Shown: in pieces, positions 1 through 9,086 of the stretch
Layout of the letters: every line of letters starts with the position of its first letter
How positions within the stretch are numbered: the first letter of the stretch is position 1
Source: Thermodesulfobacteriota bacterium
GTDB lineage: Bacteria; Desulfobacterota; WTBG01; JAGOGO01
Length of the DNA stretch: 32,000 bases
Reading direction: 5' to 3'
NCBI GenBank assembly: GCA_026625185.1
Contig: CP113000.1
Location: forward strand, 2,652,651-2,684,650
Translations under genes and position numbers: made by a program
The notes under the pieces: model-generated
The model's input: the letters and a program-made list of their open reading frames with translations, nothing else
Told to the model about the DNA's origin: nothing
Database searches by the model: none

Positions 1-2967
1 GGGGTTGAGTACATCTATTCTACGTCAATGCCCGGGATGAGCATGGCCATTGTCCGGTTTTTGGTTGGTGAAGACGAGGAAAAAAGTATTGTAAAGTTTT
101 ACAATAAGCTCTACGCCCACCTCGACCTGATCCCCCCCGGTGTGTCCATGCCGATCATCAAACCCCGCTACATTGATGATGTGCCCGTTCTTTTACTTAC
201 CCTTTGGGGTGATCATTATGATTGCTTTACCTTGCGTAGGATCGCCAAGCAGCTGGAAGAAGAAATTAAAAGCATTAACGATGTCTCTCTGACCGAAGTC
301 ATCGGCGGCCAGCGGAGAGAGCTTAAGGTAGTCCTGGATACCGGCCGGATGCGGGCCTATCGTATTCCGATTCCCCGGGTGGTCTCGGTCATAAAAAGCG
401 CGAATCAATCACTTGCCGCCGGAACCTTGTCACAAAACAATCAGGAGTTCCTGGTAGAGGTTGGCGGTTTTATTCAGAATGCGGAAGACCTGGGGGACAT
501 AGTTGTCGGAGCAGGGGAAGAACGGCCCGTCTATTTAAAAGATATCGCGAAAATAGTCGATGGCCCGGAGGAACCTGATTCTTACCTTTTTTTCGGCACG
601 GGACCACAGGCTGAACAGAAAGGAATTATAGCTGTACCGGGAAAACTCAACCGGGCAGTAACGATTTCGATAGCTAAAAGGAAAGGTGAGAACGCCACCA
701 AAGTCGCGGAGACAGTACTTCAGAAAGTTGATGCCCTGAAAGGTAGTCTTATCCCCGCGGGAGTAACTGTCACTATCACCCGGAATAATGGAGAAACCGC
801 TAGGGATAAATCAAACGAACTTTTAAAACACCTGTTTCTTGCTACTATTTCAGTTACCATTCTTATCGGGCTGTTTTTAGGTTTCAGGGCCTCTCTCATC
901 GTTTTCGTGTCTATCCCTACGACGTTAGCAATGACGCTTTTTATCTATTATTATTTGGGTTACACCCTGAACCGGGTAACTCTTTTTGCATTAATTTTCT
1001 GCATTGGTGTTCTGGTTGATGATCCGATCGTGGGGGTGGAAAATATTATTCGGCACTTTCGACTTCCGGGGAGCAAGGGCCGCCCGATGAGTGACGTGAT
1101 TACCGAGGCAGTGCATGAAGTAGGAAGTCCTTTGATTCTGGCGACCTTTACGGTCATTGCCGCGATAATTCCCATGGCATTCGTGAGAGGTCTGATGGGG
1201 CCTTACATGCGTCCCATACCGATGGGGGCTTCAGTGGCAATGCTGTTTTCCATGGCTGTCTCATTTATTATCACTCCCTGGACTGCGTATCATTTCCTTA
1301 AAAGAAAAGAAGAGGAAAACCATAGAGAAGAAAAAGAAGATTTTTTTACCCATTGGTATCGGATTGTTATGGAACGTATGATACGCAGTCCTCAATGGAG
1401 ATGGAGGTTTATCGGGGGGACAATATTACTTTTTTTTATTATGGTTTCATTTTTTGTTTTAAAAATTGTGAAAGTAAAAATTCTTCCCTTTGACAATAAA
1501 AGTGAATTTCAGGTAATCGTGGATATGCCGGAAGGCGCGACCCTGGAAAAGACCGCGCAGGTTACCCAGGCATTAGGTAAGTATCTCTCTACGGTCCCGG
1601 AAGTAACCGACTACCAGACCTATGTGGGTATCGCCAGTCCAATGAACTTCAATGGTCTGGTGCGTCATTATTTTTTACGGAAAGGACCAAATGTTGCTGA
1701 TATCCAGGTTAATCTGGTAGCCAAGGACAAGCGAAAAGCGCAAAGTCATGATATTGCCAAGCGGGTAAGGCCCTTTCTTACGGACATTGGCAGTCCTCTG
1801 GGAGCGCGAATAAAAGTGGCTGAAGTTCCTCCCGGTCCACCCGTGCTCCAGACCTTGGTTGCGGAAATTTATGGCCCCAACTACGCCCGCCAAATTGACG
1901 TGGCAGAAAAAGTGCTCACGGTTTTCGAAAAGACCGAAGGAGTGGTGGATGTTGATTGGTATGTTGAGGATAAACAGCCCAAATATATGCTTTATGTGGA
2001 TAAGGAGAAGGCCGCGCTGTCGGGGATTACCACTCAAGATGCTTGCTCTGCACTTAATATCGCCTCAGGAGGAGAAGAGGTGGGGTTAGCACATCTGCCA
2101 AAGGAACGGGAGGATGTTCCGATTTTTCTTCAACTTCCCCGACCGGAAAGGTCGAGCGTCGATGATTTAAGAGGTGTCTACCTTTCATCCTCAGGGGGTG
2201 TGATGGTGCCCTTTTCTGAGGTTTTAAGAGTAAAGGCGGAAACCAGAGAGAGGAATATATACCATAAAAATTTAAAGCCGGTCGTCTATGTTACGGGTGA
2301 TGTGGCGGGAAAAGAAGAAAGCCCTGTTTACGCTATCATGAAGCTTAAAAAAGCAATAAAAGAAATCGTAATTCCTGAAGGGTATAAAATTCAACAGTAT
2401 TCGACCCACCCGCCCTTTTTAACTGACCGGTTCGCTCTCAAATGGAATGGAGAATGGCAGATCACGCTTGAAGTTTTCAGAGACTTAGGATTGGCGTTTG
2501 CGGCGGTGTTGGTCATTATTTATATCCTGGTGGTCGGCTGGTTTAAGTCATTTACCATACCATTTACCATTATGGCGCCAATCCCCCTCAGCCTGATCGG
2601 TATTATACCGGCCCACGCCTTAGCGGGTGCATTTTTCACCGCTACGTCGATGATTGGATTTATTGCGGGAGCGGGGATTGTGGTTCGTAATTCGATTATT
2701 CTGGGAGATTTTATCGAGTTGCGGCTCAAACAAGGAGTGCCGCTTGAAGAGGCGGTGGTAGATGCCGGTGCGATAAGGTTCAGGCCGATGTTACTTACCG
2801 CCATGGCGGTGGTGGTCGGGGCGTCGGTTATCCTGTTCGATCCTATTTTTCAGGGGCTCGCAATTTCCCTTATGGCGGGCGAGGTAGCATCCACGTTGTT
2901 TTCTCGGATGGTAGTTCCGATTTTATATTACCTTAACCGAAGGAGAGGGTTAGAAAGGAAGGATTAG
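1..2967 (+). CDS. RND-family efflux transporter permease (AcrB/HAE1-like), 5'-truncated by the window edge
   Basis: Frame 1 is open from nt 1; GVEYIYSTS precedes the first Met at 28. There are more than 979 codons. The layout has alternating TM bundles and two large periplasmic loops, with RND-typical stretches ([20 protein letters not shown]; [16 protein letters not shown]). The stop is TAG at 2965-2967. About 60 N-terminal residues appear to lie upstream of the window. Confidence 0.9.
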   Translation, partial: GVEYIYSTSMPGMSMAIVRFLVGEDEEKSIVKFYNKLYAHLDLIPPGVSMPIIKPRYIDDVPVLLLTLWGDHYDCFTLRRIAKQLEEEIKSINDVSLTEVIGGQRRELKVVLDTGRMRAYRIPIPRVVSVIKSANQSLAAGTLSQNNQEFLVEVGGFIQNAEDLGDIVVGAGEERPVYLKDIAKIVDGPEEPDSYLFFGTGPQAEQKGIIAVPGKLNRAVTISIAKRKGENATKVAETVLQKVDALKGSLIPAGVTVTITRNNGETARDKSNELLKHLFLATISVTILIGLFLGFRASLIVFVSIPTTLAMTLFIYYYLGYTLNRVTLFALIFCIGVLVDDPIVGVENIIRHFRLPGSKGRPMSDVITEAVHEVGSPLILATFTVIAAIIPMAFVRGLMGPYMRPIPMGASVAMLFSMAVSFIITPWTAYHFLKRKEEENHREEKEDFFTHWYRIVMERMIRSPQWRWRFIGGTILLFFIMVSFFVLKIVKVKILPFDNKSEFQVIVDMPEGATLEKTAQVTQALGKYLSTVPEVTDYQTYVGIASPMNFNGLVRHYFLRKGPNVADIQVNLVAKDKRKAQSHDIAKRVRPFLTDIGSPLGARIKVAEVPPGPPVLQTLVAEIYGPNYARQIDVAEKVLTVFEKTEGVVDVDWYVEDKQPKYMLYVDKEKAALSGITTQDACSALNIASGGEEVGLAHLPKEREDVPIFLQLPRPERSSVDDLRGVYLSSSGGVMVPFSEVLRVKAETRERNIYHKNLKPVVYVTGDVAGKEESPVYAIMKLKKAIKEIVIPEGYKIQQYSTHPPFLTDRFALKWNGEWQITLEVFRDLGLAFAAVLVIIYILVVGWFKSFTIPFTIMAPIPLSLIGIIPAHALAGAFFTATSMIGFIAGAGIVVRNSIILGDFIELRLKQGVPLEEAVVDAGAIRFRPMLLTAMAVVVGASVILFDPIFQGLAISLMAGEVASTLFSRMVVPILYYLNRRRGLERKD

Positions 2968-3000
2968 GGAAAAAGAAGAAGGGTAAGAGAGCGTTATCAT

Positions 3001-3088
3001 CACCCTCACCGTGACCCTCTACCTCAAGGGAGAGGGATATTTTAATTATTTCCTATCCCCGGCGGGGAGAGGATTGAGGTGAGGGGGT
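3001..3088. repeat. REP-like nested palindromic element: two inverted copies of a ~37-nt unit, each able to form its own hairpin
   Basis: Unit A is 3001-3037 (caccctcaccgtgaccctctacctcaagggagaggga). Unit B is 3051-3088, whose reverse complement is accccctcacctcaatcctctccccgccggggatagga. The outer 8-bp inverted repeat is ccctcacc (3003-3010) / ggtgaggg (3078-3085). Inner hairpin 1 is 3015-3023/3028-3036 and inner hairpin 2 is 3051-3060/3064-3073, each with one mismatch. The element is G/C-rich in an AT-rich spacer just after the RND gene stop. Confidence 0.6.
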
Positions 3089-3135
3089 ATTTATGCCTTG
3101 ATTAATAAAGTAAACCGCAATAAAGGAGGTGTCCT

Positions 3136-3324
3136 ATGTTACTTAATGAATGGCTGCGGCTGATTGCCGGGACATTTGTGTTAATAAGTGTTATACTTGG
3201 TTTGCTTTACAGTAACTATTGGTTTATTTTTACGATTTTTGTAGCCTTAAATTTGATTCAATCAGCTTTCACCAAATGGTGTCCGATGATTACCTTTTTG
3301 AAAAAGCTGGGGATTAAGGAATAA
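3136..3324 (+). CDS. DUF2892 (YgaP-like) small two-TM membrane protein
   Basis: 62 aa. It has two hydrophobic helices and the family-typical C-terminal W-C-P motif (FTKWCPMITFLKKLGI). A strong RBS (aaaggagg) lies 6 nt upstream of the ATG. Confidence 0.75.
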   Translation: MLLNEWLRLIAGTFVLISVILGLLYSNYWFIFTIFVALNLIQSAFTKWCPMITFLKKLGIKE

Positions 3325-3340
3325 AAGGCAATTTTAAAAG

Positions 3341-4348
3341 ATGAATGCTTCCATTGCTCAACATATTATATTCACTGGCGCTGGGTTCACCAAGAATTTT
3401 GGTGGGTTTCTCGCCACGGAGATGTGGACACAAATTTTTAATCACCCTGAAGTTCAAAAACAGCCTCGTCTCAGAGAATTACTTCTGAATGATTTCGATT
3501 ATGAGTCGATTTATTATAAGGTACTTGCCGTTTCTAATGATGCGTTTGGAAGCGTAGAAAAAAAGGCGATTCACGAGGCAGTGCGAGGTGCGTATGGCTC
3601 CATAGATGAAGTAATTTCAAAATGTTGCTTAGGTCCTTATGGTCCGCAGTCTGCCAATATAGGAAAAGTAAATGATCTGCTCAAGTGCTGTGCCGGGAAC
3701 AACACAAATTTCTTTTTCACGATTAATCAGGACCTTTTTATCGAGAGATATTGTGACATTCCTAAGAAAAAAGTAATTTATCCATATTTAAAACAAAATT
3801 GGATACTCCACCCTGAGAAGGAGAAATCTTTGCCGGATGACCAATAAGTTATTCTTCCGGGAAAGGATGAAATAGAAAAAAAGAAGGCTGAAAGTTTTGC
3901 GTCTAAATATCTTTATTACGTTAAACTGCATGGCTCCTATGGATGGAAAAGCTCTGACGGAACTGAAAAAATGGTTATTGGTTTGAATAAAGAAAAACAA
4001 ATAGCTGACGAACCGCTTTTGTTAGAATATTTGAATCTCTTTAAAAAAATTCTTTCAGCTGCGGGAGGAAAGCTTTTTGTTATTGGTTATGGTTTTGGTG
4101 ATAAGCATATTAACGAAGTGATTGCCGATTCAATAAAAAATTCTGCTCTAAAGTTGTATGTTCTTTCACCGACAGACCCAGAGAGTTTTATAACTGACTT
4201 GAGAAAAGAGAAGTATACTTATGGGAAAGTGATACTATCAGGGCTTAAGGGTTACTTCCCCCATGAATTGTCGAAAGTTTTTCCGGCAGATCAAAGGAAA
4301 ACAGACGCTTGGGAGGAGATAAGAAATTGTTATTTTGGAAGTAATTAG
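3341..4348 (+). pseudogene. SIR2-superfamily protein (SIR2_2 / DUF4917-like) interrupted by one in-frame TAA at 3845-3847
   Basis: ORFs 3341-3847 and 3971-4348 are in the same frame. The read-through translation is ...LPDDQ*VILPGKDEIEKKKAESFASKYLYYVKLHGSYGWKSSDGTEKMVIG... Taken together they show the ordered SIR2-like motifs FTGAGFTKNFGG, FFFTINQDLFIE, KLHGS and FVIGYGFGDKHIN. No ATG/GTG/TTG lies between the stop and 3971, so the His motif would be lost if the gene were translated as two ORFs. Confidence 0.6.
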
Positions 4349-4369
4349 ATTAACCTTGGGAGGAAAAGG

Positions 4370-5365
4370 ATGGTCAAATTAAAGTCACAAATGACTGAAG
4401 GTGAGCTTCTTAAAATTTATCGCGATATGGTGTTGATTCGTGAGTTTGAAGAAAGAACCGCGGAGATGTACAGCCGAGGGAAAGTAACCGGATTTTGTCA
4501 CCTCTATATCGGTGAAGAGGCGGTCGCGGTTGGTGCGATGAGCGCTCTTCATCCTGATGATTATGTAATAAGTTCTTATCGTGACCATGGCCATTGTCTG
4601 ATTAAGGGTACCAGTCCAAAGGAAGTTATGGCCGAACTTTTTGGGCGGGCCACGGGAACATGCAAAGGAAAAGGCGGGTCGATGCATCTTTTTGATCCTA
4701 AGACAAACTTTTTTGGTGGATATGCCATTGTTGCCGGAGGGATACCCATAACCTTAGGTGTTGGCTATGCAATTAAATACCGGAAAGAGGACAAAGTGGT
4801 AGCAAGTTTTTTTGGCGATGGGGCGACTAATGCGGGCGCTTTTTATGAATCATTAAATATGTCAAAGATTTGGTCACTCCCGATCATTTTTATTTGTGAG
4901 AATAATTTTTTTGGAATCAGTACCGCGGTCTCCTGGGCATCAGCCACAACCGATATTTTCAAAAAAGCTGAGGCGCATGGGATACCAACCGCCAAGGTGA
5001 ATGGGATGGATGTCATAGCAGTGCGGGAGGCCATAAAAAATGCGGCTAAGTATGCGCGGGAAGGAAAGGGCCCTTACTTTGTCGAAGCCTTGACCTACCG
5101 TTTTCGGGGGCATTCCATGTCGGATCCGGCTGATTACCGGATACCCCGGGAAGAAAAGATATGGAAAGACCGTGATCCGATCCCGAACTTCGCCCGCAAA
5201 TTAATCGAGGAAGGAATAAGTGATGCTGATGGTCTTCGAGCGATAAAGGAGGAAGTGGAACAAGAGGTTGAACAAGCAGTAAAGTTTGCGGACAGCAGTC
5301 CCTGGCCTGAGGCCATTGAGCTTATGAAAGACATCTATTCCGAAAAAGAAGGAGAAGAACGATGA
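4370..5365 (+). CDS. pdhA: Pyruvate/2-oxoacid dehydrogenase E1 component, alpha subunit (TPP-dependent)
   Basis: 331 aa. It carries the TPP-binding motif GDGATNAGAFYESLNMSKIWSLPIIFICENN and the YRxxGHSMSDP motif. RBS is gggagg. It sits in an operon with E1beta and E2. Confidence 0.9.
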   Translation: MVKLKSQMTEGELLKIYRDMVLIREFEERTAEMYSRGKVTGFCHLYIGEEAVAVGAMSALHPDDYVISSYRDHGHCLIKGTSPKEVMAELFGRATGTCKGKGGSMHLFDPKTNFFGGYAIVAGGIPITLGVGYAIKYRKEDKVVASFFGDGATNAGAFYESLNMSKIWSLPIIFICENNFFGISTAVSWASATTDIFKKAEAHGIPTAKVNGMDVIAVREAIKNAAKYAREGKGPYFVEALTYRFRGHSMSDPADYRIPREEKIWKDRDPIPNFARKLIEEGISDADGLRAIKEEVEQEVEQAVKFADSSPWPEAIELMKDIYSEKEGEER

Positions 5366-5784
5366 AAGAAATTTTAGTAAAATATATAAAAAATTTGCAG
5401 CAAGAAGCTATTATGGGCGAGCAGCGCTTAATCATTGATGAGCCTCAGGAGTTTGGAGGTGATGGGAAAGGCCCTAATCCCTATGATCTCCTGTTAGCCT
5501 CTTTAGGGGGGTGCACTGCGATGACCATTATTAGCTATGCCAAGCGGAAAGAAATTCCTTTGGAGGGTGTGCAGATACGTTTAACGCACGAAAAGATTTA
5601 CGCTCAGGATTGCAATGAATGCATGACCAAAGAGGGCAAGCTTGACCAAATCACCCGCACCATTTATCTCCAGGGGCCATTAAGTCAAGAGCAGAAGGAA
5701 ACATTAATAGAAATCGCCAAACGATGCCCGGTTCATCGAACCCTAACGAGCGAAAACCGGGTCATTGATAAAGTCGGAGGTTGA
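5362..5784 (+). CDS. OsmC/Ohr-family protein (putative thiol peroxidase) embedded in the PDH operon
   Basis: 140 aa. OsmC-fold signatures are IDEPxxFGGDGKGPNPYDLLLASLGGCTAM (Cys51) and AKRCPVHRTL (Cys122), plus an extra C84-N-E-C87. Its ATG overlaps the pdhA stop (ATGA at 5362-5365). Confidence 0.85.
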   Translation: MKEILVKYIKNLQQEAIMGEQRLIIDEPQEFGGDGKGPNPYDLLLASLGGCTAMTIISYAKRKEIPLEGVQIRLTHEKIYAQDCNECMTKEGKLDQITRTIYLQGPLSQEQKETLIEIAKRCPVHRTLTSENRVIDKVGG

Positions 5785-5785
5785 A

Positions 5786-6760
5786 ATGCCTGAAATGACG
5801 TATCGGGAAGCGCTCAATCAAGCCTTGCGGGAAGAAATGGAACGGGACCCCACCGTGTTTCTTCTGGGAGAGGATGTGGGGCTTTACGGAGGATCATTTA
5901 AAGTAACTGACGGACTTTTAGCTGAGTTCGGCAGTGAACGGGTTATTGATACCCCGATCGCCGAAGGATCTATCGTCGGCATGGCAGTTGGGGCGGCGAT
6001 GGCCGGTCTCAGGCCTGTGGTTGAACTGATGACGGTTAACTTTGCTCTTCTGGCAATGGATCAGATCGTCAACCATGCGGCAAAGATTCGCTACATGTTT
6101 GGGGGAAAAGCCAAGGTTCCCATGGTGATTAGAGCACCCGGCGGGGGTGGACAGCAGTTAGCCGCGCAGCACTCTCAATCTTTGGAAGCGTATTTTCTCC
6201 ACTGCCCGGGGTTAAAGGTGGTGTGTCCAGCTTTTCCGGTGGAAGCCAAAGGGCTTTTAAAAGAAGCGATCCGTGATGATGATCCGGTGATATTATTGGA
6301 ACACGAAGCGCTCTATGGATCAAAAGGTGAGGTGCCCGAAGGAAAATATACCACACCTATCGGAAAAGCAAAGATCATCAGAGAGGGAAAAGACATTACG
6401 ATTGTCTCTTTTTCACGGATGGCGGTTTTGGGTCTTAAGGCGGCACAAGAACTTTCACAAGAAAAGATCGAAACTGAAGTGATTGACCTGCGAAGCCTTA
6501 ATCCCTTAGATGTTAAGACGATTATTGCTTCTGTCAAAAAGACCGGCCGCGCGGTCGTGGTGGAAGAAGGGTGGAAAACCGGAGGAGTAGGGGGAGAAAT
6601 CGTCAGCCTGATTATGGAAAATGGTTTTGATTATCTGGATGCTCCAGTAAAGAGGGTATCGGGGCAGGACGTTCCCATGCCGTATGCGAAAAATTTGGAA
6701 AAGTTAGCGATACCTCAAATGGATGACATTATAACTGCGGTTAAGTATGTACTGAGATAA
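5786..6760 (+). CDS. pdhB: Pyruvate/2-oxoacid dehydrogenase E1 component, beta subunit
   Basis: The ORF track begins at a TTG at 5765. I prefer the ATG at 5786 because it is preceded by ggagg (5776-5780) and gives the typical N-terminus MPEMTYREALNQALREEM...GEDVGLYGGSFKVT. The protein has a transketolase-like pyrimidine-binding domain and C-terminal domain. Confidence 0.9.
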   Translation: MPEMTYREALNQALREEMERDPTVFLLGEDVGLYGGSFKVTDGLLAEFGSERVIDTPIAEGSIVGMAVGAAMAGLRPVVELMTVNFALLAMDQIVNHAAKIRYMFGGKAKVPMVIRAPGGGGQQLAAQHSQSLEAYFLHCPGLKVVCPAFPVEAKGLLKEAIRDDDPVILLEHEALYGSKGEVPEGKYTTPIGKAKIIREGKDITIVSFSRMAVLGLKAAQELSQEKIETEVIDLRSLNPLDVKTIIASVKKTGRAVVVEEGWKTGGVGGEIVSLIMENGFDYLDAPVKRVSGQDVPMPYAKNLEKLAIPQMDDIITAVKYVLR

Positions 6761-6796
6761 GGTCGGTTTTGGAGTTGAAGACTAAGGAGGTTTTCT

Positions 6797-8110
6797 ATGG
6801 CAGTAGAAATTGTAATGCCAAAATTAAGCGACACCATGGAAGAAGGGAGAATTCTACGGTGGCTTAAAAAGGAAGGCGATTTTGTCAACAAAGGTGATGT
6901 TATTGCTGAAGTGGAAACCGATAAGGCGGACATGGATTTAGAAGTTTTTTCATCCGGCATCTTGACCAAAATTTTATATAAAGAAGGTGACACGGTTCCG
7001 GTCGGTACTATAATCGCCATATTAGGAGGAGAAGAAACCGGAAAAGTTCCGCAGAAAGTCGTCAAGCCCCTTCCGGAAAAGAAAATTACGGAACCTCCAC
7101 AACCACCAGCACAAAAGACCGAAAACGGCGCGGGTGAACCGTGCTGCACGCTTCCGTTGGAAGATGAGGAGGGAGTGGAAGAAGAAAAGGAAGAAGGGAA
7201 AAAGGAAATTCCTTTACTTTTTAAAAAAGGTGATAAATCAAAAGTTTCTCCCCGGGCACGAAGATTACTTGAAGAAAAAGGGATCCCCACTACTGAAATC
7301 AAAGGAACTGGGCCCGAAGGAAGAATCGTGCAGGAAGACATCGAAAGATTTTTAAAGGAAAGGATCGAACAAGTAAAACCAAGAACCTTTCCTCCTTCAC
7401 GAAAGGAAGCTCTAAAAGAAATTTCTGAAGAAAGGGTAACCGAACTTTCCAAAATGCGCGCCACGATAGCTCGAAGGATGACCTTGAGCAAACAGACTAT
7501 TCCTCACTTTTATGTTACCCAGGAAATTGATATGGGTGAGGCAGTAACTTTTTTAGACTCCCTGAACAAAACCGAAAGCGTTGACACGAAAATCACTTAT
7601 AATGATTTGGTGGTCAAGGCCTGCGCGCTGGCGCTCAAGGATTTTTCGGAAGTTAATGCCCATTTTAGTGATAAAGGATTAATTGTGAAAAACGAGATCA
7701 ACGTTGGTTTTGTGGTGGCTTTGCAAGTTGGTCTTATCGTTCCAATAGTCAAAAATGCTGACCGGCTTACGATAAAAGAAATCTCGGCCACGGCAAAAGG
7801 ATTGCGCGACCGAGTTTTAAAACGTGATTCTACTTCGGACGATCTCAGCGGTGGAACATTTTCCATTTCGAATATGGGGATGTTCGGGGTCGAAGAGTTT
7901 TCAGCAATAATTAATCCTCCCCAGGTTGCTATTCTCGCGGTATCCGCTGTTAAAGATAAACCAATAATCAAAGAGGGTGTTATTCAGCCGGCCAAGATTA
8001 TGAAGGTCACCCTGTCAGCCGACCACCGTGCGCTTGATGGCGTGATGGTCGCTAAATTTCTGCAACGATTAAAAGAACTTTTAGAAAAACCGTTGGCGCT
8101 TATCCGCTAA
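6797..8110 (+). CDS. pdhC: Dihydrolipoamide acyltransferase (E2) of the PDH-type complex
   Basis: 437 aa. It has an N-terminal lipoyl domain with ETDKA, a charged/Pro-rich linker, an E3-binding domain (SPRARRLLEEKGI...GTGPEGRIVQEDI) and a catalytic domain with DHRALDG. RBS is aaggagg. Confidence 0.92.
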   Translation: MAVEIVMPKLSDTMEEGRILRWLKKEGDFVNKGDVIAEVETDKADMDLEVFSSGILTKILYKEGDTVPVGTIIAILGGEETGKVPQKVVKPLPEKKITEPPQPPAQKTENGAGEPCCTLPLEDEEGVEEEKEEGKKEIPLLFKKGDKSKVSPRARRLLEEKGIPTTEIKGTGPEGRIVQEDIERFLKERIEQVKPRTFPPSRKEALKEISEERVTELSKMRATIARRMTLSKQTIPHFYVTQEIDMGEAVTFLDSLNKTESVDTKITYNDLVVKACALALKDFSEVNAHFSDKGLIVKNEINVGFVVALQVGLIVPIVKNADRLTIKEISATAKGLRDRVLKRDSTSDDLSGGTFSISNMGMFGVEEFSAIINPPQVAILAVSAVKDKPIIKEGVIQPAKIMKVTLSADHRALDGVMVAKFLQRLKELLEKPLALIR

Positions 8111-8213
8111 AGTGATTAAAGTGCCCTAAAGTGAACTAAAATTTTGAAGTGCCTAAAAAATAATAACTTTGACTTTATTTAAACGTTAACCAATTTAACG
8201 CACGTTTTACTTT

Positions 8214-9086
8214 ATGAACTTTTGTATGCAAAAGCGTCGTCCTCCCTGGCTTAAGGCTCGTGTTAATTTAGGAGGAGATTTCGCCGAGGTAGAACAAATC
8301 CTTCACAAATGGTCTCTAAACACGGTTTGCCGGGAAGCAGTTTGTCCCAATATCAGTGAATGTTATAACCGAAGAACAGCAACCTTTCTTATCCTCGGAG
8401 ATGTCTGTACCAGAAAGTGCGGATTTTGTGGGGTAAAAAAGGGAAATCCCCGGCCTCTTGATTTTAAGGAACCTGAACGAGTTGCGCAGGCGGTCAAGGA
8501 ACTTAGACTGCACCATGTGGTTATTACGTCCGTTACCCGTGACGATCTTCCTGATGGGGGAGCAGGTTGTTTTGCGCGGACGATTGGTGCGATCAGAAGA
8601 TATAATCCGGATACTATCGTTGAAGTTTTGATACCTGATTTAAAGGGGTCACAGAAAGCGCTATCTATTATATGTGATGCATCTCCCCATATTGTCGGCC
8701 ATAATGTGGAAACCGTACCTCGGCTTTATCCTCAGGTACGAAGCCAAGCTGAGTATCGTCAGTCCCTGGTGGTACTCGGTACAATTAAGGGGTTTTACTC
8801 AATCATAACCAAGTCAGGTTTAATGGTAGGGTTGGGTGAAGAAAAGGAAGAAATTTTGACCACTATGTTTGAGTTGCGATCAGTGGGATGCGACATTTTG
8901 ACTATCGGACAGTATCTTTCGCCCAAGAAACAGTGCTTTCCAATAAAACGGTATTATCATCCTCAGGAGTTTGAGGAATTTGCTCGAGAAGGAAAAGAAA
9001 GGGGCTTTAAATGGATCGAAGCCGGGCCATTAGTGCGGAGCTCTTTCCACGCCCACGAGCAATGGGAAAAAGCTTGTGGGTTATAA
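8214..9086 (+). CDS. lipA: Lipoyl synthase (radical SAM)
   Basis: 290 aa. It has both cysteine clusters (CREAVCPNISEC and CTRKCGFCGV) and the C-terminal SSFHA. The start could alternatively be the ATG at 8226. Confidence 0.92.
   Translation: MNFCMQKRRPPWLKARVNLGGDFAEVEQILHKWSLNTVCREAVCPNISECYNRRTATFLILGDVCTRKCGFCGVKKGNPRPLDFKEPERVAQAVKELRLHHVVITSVTRDDLPDGGAGCFARTIGAIRRYNPDTIVEVLIPDLKGSQKALSIICDASPHIVGHNVETVPRLYPQVRSQAEYRQSLVVLGTIKGFYSIITKSGLMVGLGEEKEEILTTMFELRSVGCDILTIGQYLSPKKQCFPIKRYYHPQEFEEFAREGKERGFKWIEAGPLVRSSFHAHEQWEKACGL

Noticed and set aside
3845-3847. The in-frame TAA in the SIR2-like gene as evidence of an alternative genetic code or TAA reassignment.
   Set aside because: TAA clearly terminates well-conserved genes in this same window at their expected C-termini (the DUF2892 gene at 3322-3324, pdhC at 8108-8110, and lipA). 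A code change is therefore not supported.
6715-7491. A 258-aa minus-strand ORF antisense to pdhB/pdhC.
   Set aside because: It lies entirely within and opposite the well-supported E2 gene. Its translation is Ser-rich and low-complexity with no recognisable motifs, so it is a shadow ORF.
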